Positions 54,428 through 64,000 of a stretch of DNA of 64,000 bases are shown here, one piece after another (the stretch's first letter is position 1; each line of letters starts with the position of its first letter). Position numbers and translations under genes: made by a program. The notes below the pieces were generated by a model that saw nothing but the letters and a program-made list of their open reading frames with translations, was not told where the DNA came from and ran no database searches. Source of the DNA: Octopus vulgaris. Taxonomy: Eukaryota. The stretch is taken from positions 24,428,001-24,492,000 of the forward strand of contig OX597823.1 in assembly GCA_951406725.2 (NCBI GenBank), in the 5' to 3' direction.

Positions 54428-54860
54428 CATCAAGTTGGCGGAATAATTGGCATACCAGGCAAAATGTTCAGTGGCATTTTGTCCGTCTTTTCATTCTGAG
54501 TTCAAATTCCACAGAGGTTGACTTAGCATTTTATCCTTTTGGGATCAATGAAATAAATACCAGTTATGCACTGGGCTAAATGTAATTAACTATCTCGTCC
54601 CTAAATTTCAGGCCTTGTGCCTATAGTAGAAATGATTATTATTATTCAGGTGGCAAGCTGGCTGAATCATTAGCATGCTAGGCAAAATGCTTAGCGGCAT
54701 TTCGTCCATCTTTACATTTTGAGTTCAAATTCCACTGTGGTCAGCTTTGCCTTTCATCCCTTCAGAGTCAATAAAATAAGTACCAGTTGAGTATTGGGGT
54801 CAATGTAATCAACTTTTCTCCTCCCACAAAATTGCTGGCCTTGTACTAAAAGTTTGAAAT
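54424..54860 (+). mobile_element. Two tandem tRNA-derived SINEs
   Basis: Each has a gagttcaaattcc B-box, a gcctttcatcc-like core and an (att)n tail. Copies at ~54424-54636 and ~54647-54860. Confidence 0.8.
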
Positions 54861-55334
54861 TTTTATTATTATTATTATAAATATTATTATTATTATCATT
54901 ATTATTATTATTATTATTTTGTAGGTAATAATGTAGAAATATAAGCTACTGAAATTTTGAACAAATATTACAAAACCATCTGGTGCATTGTTTTATAAAT
55001 GGACAGTATGTTACAGAATCTAGAAAATTACTTTTCAGCTTAGGACACACTTCAAAGAATGAATATGTATTCTAGTACATCAGCTTGTCTGAATGTTTCA
55101 GTTGTAGGTAATCCCTTTGTACATCTGTCTTCTGAAGGCCTGCTTTTCTTTAAGATTGAATGGCTATAGCACATGATATGTTTAGGGGATTGTCAATCCT
55201 ACAAAAATACACCATGAGACGAAATGTGTACAAATATATTGTCTACACTGTATGTATGGAGACAAACTTTCAGAAACAAGTTAGAAAAATGTTCTATAAC
55301 TCTGATTGAGACATCATTTTATTGATCAATTATT

Positions 55335-55498
55335 TTCTTTTTATTTCGGTCATATGACTGAGGACATGCTGAAGCACTGTTTTCTAGCCAAAGAAATTGA
55401 CACCTGCACTTATTCTTTGTAAGCCTGATCTGAACTCTAAGTTACAGAGACATAATCACACCAACATCAGGGAGACGGACACCAAGACACACATATAA

Positions 55499-55547
<49 letters not shown>

Positions 55548-55718
55548 TACACACACACATATATATATATATATATGTATACAACAGGCTTCTTTCAGTT
55601 TCTGTCTACCAAATCAACTCACAAGGCTTTGGTCAGCCTGAGGCTAAAGTAGGTGCCACGCAGCGGGACTGAACCCAGAATCATGTGGTTGGAAAGTAAG
55701 CTTCTTACCACACAGCCT
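55335..55718 (-). mobile_element. CORE-type tRNA SINE
   Basis: Homologous to 44193-44545 (ctttcagtttct.tctaccaaatc.actcacaaggctttggtcagcctgagg). Confidence 0.75.
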
Positions 55719-55843
55719 AGAAAATCATGCACCACATGCTTTTCAATATTTAATACATGTGTGTGATATGCATGTGATATGTATTTGTGATTGGTTAGTG
55801 AATGACTATGAAATATATCTCTTGTGTTTTTCTTCCTTGGCAG

Positions 55844-56077
55844 TTGAGGACAAGCCTGTTGTGATGAAAAAAGTTAGCGTACCAAGAAGTGCTTCTCTAG
55901 GAGAGCTTAAGAATGTGAACTTAAAGGAGTGTAATGAAGCTTGCGATCAGTATTTGAGATGTAACTCTTATCAGTACAATGTGAAAGATAAGTTATGTGA
56001 TCTGAGTGATGCGACTCAGTTGAATAATGAACTTAAACCCAATGATGGAAGCTGGAACTTATTTATAGTTACCCCAG
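55844..56077 (+). CDS. Exon Q4: PAN/apple domain, second type (subtype b)
   Basis: tggcag|TT...CCAG|gttagt, 234 nt. NLKECNEACDQYLRCNSYQYNVKDKLCDLS...WNLFIVTP. Confidence 0.92.
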
Positions 56078-56185
56078 GTTAGTAGAATGTTTTCACCTTA
56101 TTTATTGTGTGCATGTCCATGTATTTATAGATAAATACGTGTGTGCGTTCATAAAATAGATGTTAAAAGATGATGATGCTGATGA

Positions 56186-59222
<3,037 letters not shown>

Positions 59223-59248
59223 TATATATATATATATATATATATAAG

Positions 59249-59575
59249 ATAGTGTACATTTAAATTAAACACAAGAGAAAACTGCCCTCAACAGACAGTT
59301 TTCACATGCTAGAAGAAGTCGTCAAAATGACCAGAACCACATTTAAGAGCAATCTTCAAAAGGAATGAAAAATAAAAACTTTTGAAGATTGCTCTTAAAT
59401 GTGGTTTTAGTCATTTTGACCACTTCTTCTAGAGTGAAAGAATTGCCTGTTGAGGGCAGTTTTCTCTTGTGCTTAAATGTACACTATTTCATATTTGAGA
59501 ATATGTTGTCTATTGACTTTTTATACATGCTAGTCCACTGGTGGTGAATTTTCAAAAAATAACTCACTACCCTAT
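59249..59575 (+). mobile_element. Fold-back element, ~110-bp-arm hairpin plus tail
   Basis: 59249-59362 is the reverse complement of 59379-59487, 16-nt loop. Tail contains tgctagtccactggt. Flanked by (TA)n. Confidence 0.8.
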
Positions 59576-59617
59576 ATATATATTTTATATATATATATAT
59601 CATAATCATCATCATCA

Positions 59618-59736
59618 TCATTAACCCAGGTCAGTACTGTGTTTTGATATTATTTAGTGTGTGCATATATGTGTGTATGTGTATATACATATATGTGTGT
59701 GTGTGCGGAAAACAGGCATTAAAAGATGATGATGCT
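59618..59736 (+). pseudogene. Remnant of a Q-type exon 3' end with an orphan splice donor
   Basis: tcattaacccag|gtcagta matches the end of Q3. The following ~100 bp resemble the Q4 downstream intron, including ttaaaagatgatgatgct. Confidence 0.6.
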
Positions 59737-59741
59737 ATATA

Positions 59742-60538
59742 TGAGATCTGATCAATAAGTATCCGGACTGGTGCTATAAAATCAAAACTATAATAGGTAC
59801 CAATTTCAAATTTGATCACCTTTAAAGTACTCTCCTTTGGAGGCCACACACTTAATCCAGCACTGTTTCCATTGATGGAACTCCTTTTCTCTGTTAATCA
59901 GCAGTTGCCTCATCACATTCAAATGGATTTCCTCAACATTTGAATTCTTACTTTCAAGCAAGATTTGATTTTTGTAAAGTGGGAAAAGTTGGAAGGGGCA
60001 ATATCTGGGAAATATGGTGGCTGTCAGACCTGGGGAATGCTGTGCCTAGCTAAAAACTGCTGCACAAGCTGCGCTGAATGGGCAGGTGCATTGTCAGCTG
60101 GAAGCAGTTTTGGCACAGACTTGGCAGACATGTGTCTCACACTTAAATCTTCATTGATAATGGACTGAACTCAACTGTAACTAATCTGCACACCTTCTAG
60201 TAACTCACAGATGGTGATTTGATGATTTACCTTCACAGCTGCATGCACATCTATGATGTTTTGCTCAGTTCTGTTGGTTGCAACTTATCATAGGACTCTG
60301 AGCTAACCTCACCAAGATTTTGGCAAAATTTGATGTAGATTCATGATCAATGCAATGATCATACGCTACACACGCTCCTTCCAGACACTGCTGTAAACAG
60401 CATAAGTTAGCTAGGATGTTACAACTTAGTGCACATTCACAGCAGACTCCACAGTCAATCTGTGCCAAGTGGTTTCACTCTGCAGGCTTTCACTTCATCA
60501 CTATGGCAACTGTCCAGATACTTATTGATCAAACCACT
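59742..60538 (-). mobile_element. Internally deleted mariner element
   Basis: TIRs tgatcaataagtatccggac / gtccagatacttattgatca, TA-flanked, with degenerate transposase remnants. Confidence 0.75.
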
Positions 60539-60542
60539 TATA

Positions 60543-60594
<52 letters not shown>

Positions 60595-60598
<4 letters not shown>

Positions 60599-61872
60599 GT
60601 GCGTTCATTAACAATTTCCCCTGACTCACTTCCAGTTAGAGCAGGAAACGAAACTTGCACAGGTATAATCATACATATCTCTACATGTCACATTGTAAAC
60701 TGCAGCTTTCCACTAGTATTCATTTCTCTTTTGCAGTTGCTAAAGTGGGCTAAGGTGTGTTAAGAGAGGCAGTTGAATGCCGATCAGTGATCAGGTTCTT
60801 ATATTTGAAAGGTTGTACACCAAAAGAGACTTTCGAAAGAAGTTTATGGTGATGATGCACCATCATACGATATAGTCAAGCACTAGCATCACCGGTTCAA
60901 ATGTGGTCAGACACTGGTGGAAACTGCTTCAATTCCTGGATGACCACATTCTGCCATTGGTGGCAACATCATCCATAAAGTGGGAGCTGCAATTTTGGAA
61001 GATCGCCACACAACTATTTGGCAACTAGCCTAAGAAGTGAAGATAAGTATAGGAATCATGGAAGAAGTCATTCACAACCATTTGCACATGCAGAAGTTGT
61101 CTACACAATGGATTCTCCAGATGCTCACATCTTTTCAGAAGCAGGAATGAGTCAATTGCTCCCAGGCTCTTTTGGCAATGTGCCAAGAAAACGAGAACTT
61201 TTTTGGCAGACTTATCACTCAAGATAAAACATGGGTTCATCACTATGATCCTGAGACTAAAGTACAGTCGAAGCAATAGAAGCATGATAACTCACCACCA
61301 CCAAAGAAGGCTTGTGAACAACCCTCAACAGGCAAGGTGATGCTCACAGTCTTTTGGGACTAGTGTGGAGTAGTGATGATGGGTTTTCTGGTGAAGGGAA
61401 CTGCAATTAACAGGGCATATTATGCTTCTCTTCTGCAGAAATTGTGGGACGCTATCAAAGCAGAGAATCATGGCATGCTGACCAAAGGAGTCTGCCACCT
61501 CCAAGACAGCACCCCAGTTCTCTATGCACATATTGCCCAGATGAAAGCACTCTCCTGCTACTATGAAATCCTTCTTCATCCCCCTTACTCTCCCGACCTC
61601 ACACCATCTGACTTCCACTTCTTTCCAACCATGAAGTCTTTTTTGAAGGGGTAGCACTCTTTGGATGTTGATGAACTGAGGTAAAGTCTTGGCTCCAGAT
61701 GCAAACTGCTAACTCCAACAGATGAGGTCTTCACAGCTGCATATACTGATGGGAGAAGTGTGTCACCAGTCACGTGGAGGATATGTAGAGAAGGACTAAT
61801 AATTATGCCCAGTTTCACTTATCCCCGTCCTTGAGAAGTGGGTCAGGGGAAATCTTTAATGAACACCCATCA
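60595..61872 (+). mobile_element. Mariner element, full-length, degenerate
   Basis: TIRs gttcattaacaatttcccctgactcactt / aagtgggtcaggggaaatctttaatgaac. ITQDKTWVHHYDPE and HPPYSPDLTPSDFHFF motifs. Confidence 0.92.
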
Positions 61873-61896
61873 TATGCATGTATATATATAGGTATG

Positions 61897-61927
<31 letters not shown>

Positions 61928-62089
61928 GACAAACATGGTCGATGGCAGCCCTCTCGCCCCAACTGGCTCCTGTGCCAGTGACATGTAAAAAGCACTGTCC
62001 AAACATGGCTGATGCCAGCACTGCCTTGACTGGCTTCCATGCTAGTGCCATGTAAAAGCACCATCCAAATCTGGTTGGCCATTAGTAAT

Positions 62090-63005
62090 CGTCAAGATTC
62101 GAGACTGCCAAATCTTGTTGAAACTTTGCTCATGATTTGCTTCATGAGAGCTGAGTTGTGTTTTCTTCAGAAAACACAACTCAAGTTGATACCTAACACT
62201 TAACTGCTTAACTAGAGAAAAAGAGTGTGAATCCCGAGGACACTTGAGAGGATGTTCTACCTGGAAGTCTGCTCACCTGCAAACTTGTTGGTTGAGAAAA
62301 AAAGAGATGTTCACGTTAAGATTGCATGTCCCAACTGTGGTTCACTCATGAAAGGGAACTGATAAATTAGTGTAAAGGCTTCAAATCCTAGGGCTCACTA
62401 CAATGTAAACAAGTTTGAAGAATTTTACTGCCATGTTCTGGAGTGTGTTGCTGAGAACCAGAAGTTGTTTTCAGAACTTTAACAGAATTTTGTATGAAGT
62501 TACTGTCTTCACAAAGCAAAGATTTAAAACACCATTGCTTTAAAATTTTGAGTTCAGATTTATTGATTGTTGAATCTAAAACTTTTTCATGCTTATCACA
62601 AGAATTTTGGATGTCTATAAAAACATATTGGATTTAGATGGATTGAAATGCAAGCTAAAATTAGGTTATGCTTCACATTTTGCAAAGCAAGTGTCAAACC
62701 TCCAAGAAATCACAGGCATAATATGAGGGCTTGAACTAAATCAAGTTCTGGACAAAGTAACAAAATTATTTTGTCTCTTTCTGCTAGATCTGCTTCCTGT
62801 GAGAAACCACTTTCTTCATTAAAGCAAGTAAATAATTATATGACGTGTTCTCAAAGTGAAGAGAGATTCAGTAATTTGGTCTTCATTTCCATGAATAAAA
62901 AAACTTCTGAAGATGAAAGTAGAGTGTGATGCTGATACATTTTAAACCAAAGTGATCAATGAATTTGTCAATAAGAAATAAAGAAGTGAACTGATTTACC
63001 AATAA
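62090..63005 (+). mobile_element. Degenerate hAT transposase C-terminal fragment
   Basis: ~62790-62895 reads SASCE..SSLKQVNNYM..SQSEERFSNLVFIS, the hAT dimerisation motif. Confidence 0.6.
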
Positions 63006-63316
63006 ATTTTAAATAGCTCATTCTTTTTAGGTTCTCTTGTTTTCTCAGATTTCTCTTTTAAACAATAACAGTCATCATGGCAATCCCTTTACCAGGGTAT
63101 TGTTAATTGGGAAACATCAAATCTAGTGGAGAGGATATCAACCTTGAAGTGTACCCTGTTAGTAGAAGTGCATTTTCACACATTAAAATTTGTTTATAAA
63201 ACATTCAGCCTTTGGTGAGGAGGACAGTAATATACCCCTGACCTTCTTTTCAACTAGAGAATTGGCCTGCATCGTGAACTGCATGCTCTGGTTTCCAAGT
63301 CACCCTTTATCACTGA

Positions 63317-63373
<57 letters not shown>

Positions 63374-63497
63374 AAATGATTCAGTTTTTTTTTTTTTAGT
63401 CAATAACTTTTATTCTGAATTTGTTGCTATCTCCTCATTCTCCCCTTCCTTCTGTCATAAACTCAAAATTGATATGAATTTCTCTCATCACTTCCAG

Positions 63498-63665
63498 TTG
63501 TCACAAAAGTTAACTGTGGAGCACCAGAAGATGTTGCTGGTGCATCTAAATCCTATGATACTACTACCTATAAATCTGAAGTGATCTATACTTGTCGAGA
63601 TGGAGAAGAATTAAAGGCAACATGTAAAGAGAATGAGAAATGGGCTCCAGCAGTGTCTTGTAAAG
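63498..63665 (+). CDS. Exon S6: Sushi/CCP-like module, closest paralog of S1 (absent from the ORF track)
   Basis: ttccag|TT...AAAG|gtaatg, 168 nt. VTKVNCGAPEDVAGASKSYDTTTYKSEVIYTCRDGEELKATCKENEKWAPAVSCK. Shares the 3-nt shorter length and the flanking intron with S1. Confidence 0.9.
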
Positions 63666-64000
63666 GTAATGTAAATAGGTTCTCTCTTTTTGACTCTGTC
63701 TTGGTAATTTTGTTTTAGCCTTGTGTTCAAAGTTTGTCAGAGAAAGTCTGATTGTGTCCATGAAAATTTCCATTGTTTGTGACTGGTAGGAGGGTCAGAG
63801 CTGGCTATCCTCAGACAAGAGACGTTCCTAAATGCTTGCAACACAGTGGGCTTCATTAAAGATATTGAAAAGCCAAGTAACAGTATTAATTTGGTTGATG
63901 GATTAAGTCTGCCAAACAAGAGCAGGATATGAGGAAGTGTGTGCTCTCCAGTAGTTTTCTGCATAGTTCCCTTCCACCAAATTTCATTCAAAATCTTTAC

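Noticed and set aside
54647-54740. tRNA-like A and B boxes
   Set aside because: No cloverleaf; continues into a SINE core and (att)n tail, and is multi-copy.

Overview
Eukaryotic, AT-rich, repeat-dense genomic DNA. The SINE, RTE and microsatellite landscape suggests a coleoid cephalopod, probably Octopus (inference). The whole window lies inside one large + strand gene with no start or stop visible. I read 14 exons by hand. All are AG/GT-bounded, all are phase 1-1 and all are a multiple of 3 long. Each encodes one cysteine-framed extracellular module: short Sushi/CCP-like (S), basic PAN/apple (P) or a second PAN type (Q). The order is S-P-Q-S-S-P-Q-S-P-Q-S-P-Q-S, giving 2916 nt (972 codons) of stop-free spliced frame. 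The array grew by nested duplication: a 3-exon unit, then a 6-exon unit, then probably a ~63 kb super-unit. Paralogous modules differ mostly by charge-changing substitutions. The introns contain a Gypsy element with both LTRs, hAT and mariner transposons, a Helitron, RTE, R4-like, L1/Tx1, CR1-like and Penelope fragments, and SINEs. They also contain a family of fold-back (long hairpin) elements that share a terminal motif and are associated with type I hammerhead ribozyme motifs. Most listed ORFs are spurious or TE-derived. Exon boundaries were counted by hand and should be close to exact; TE boundaries are approximate.
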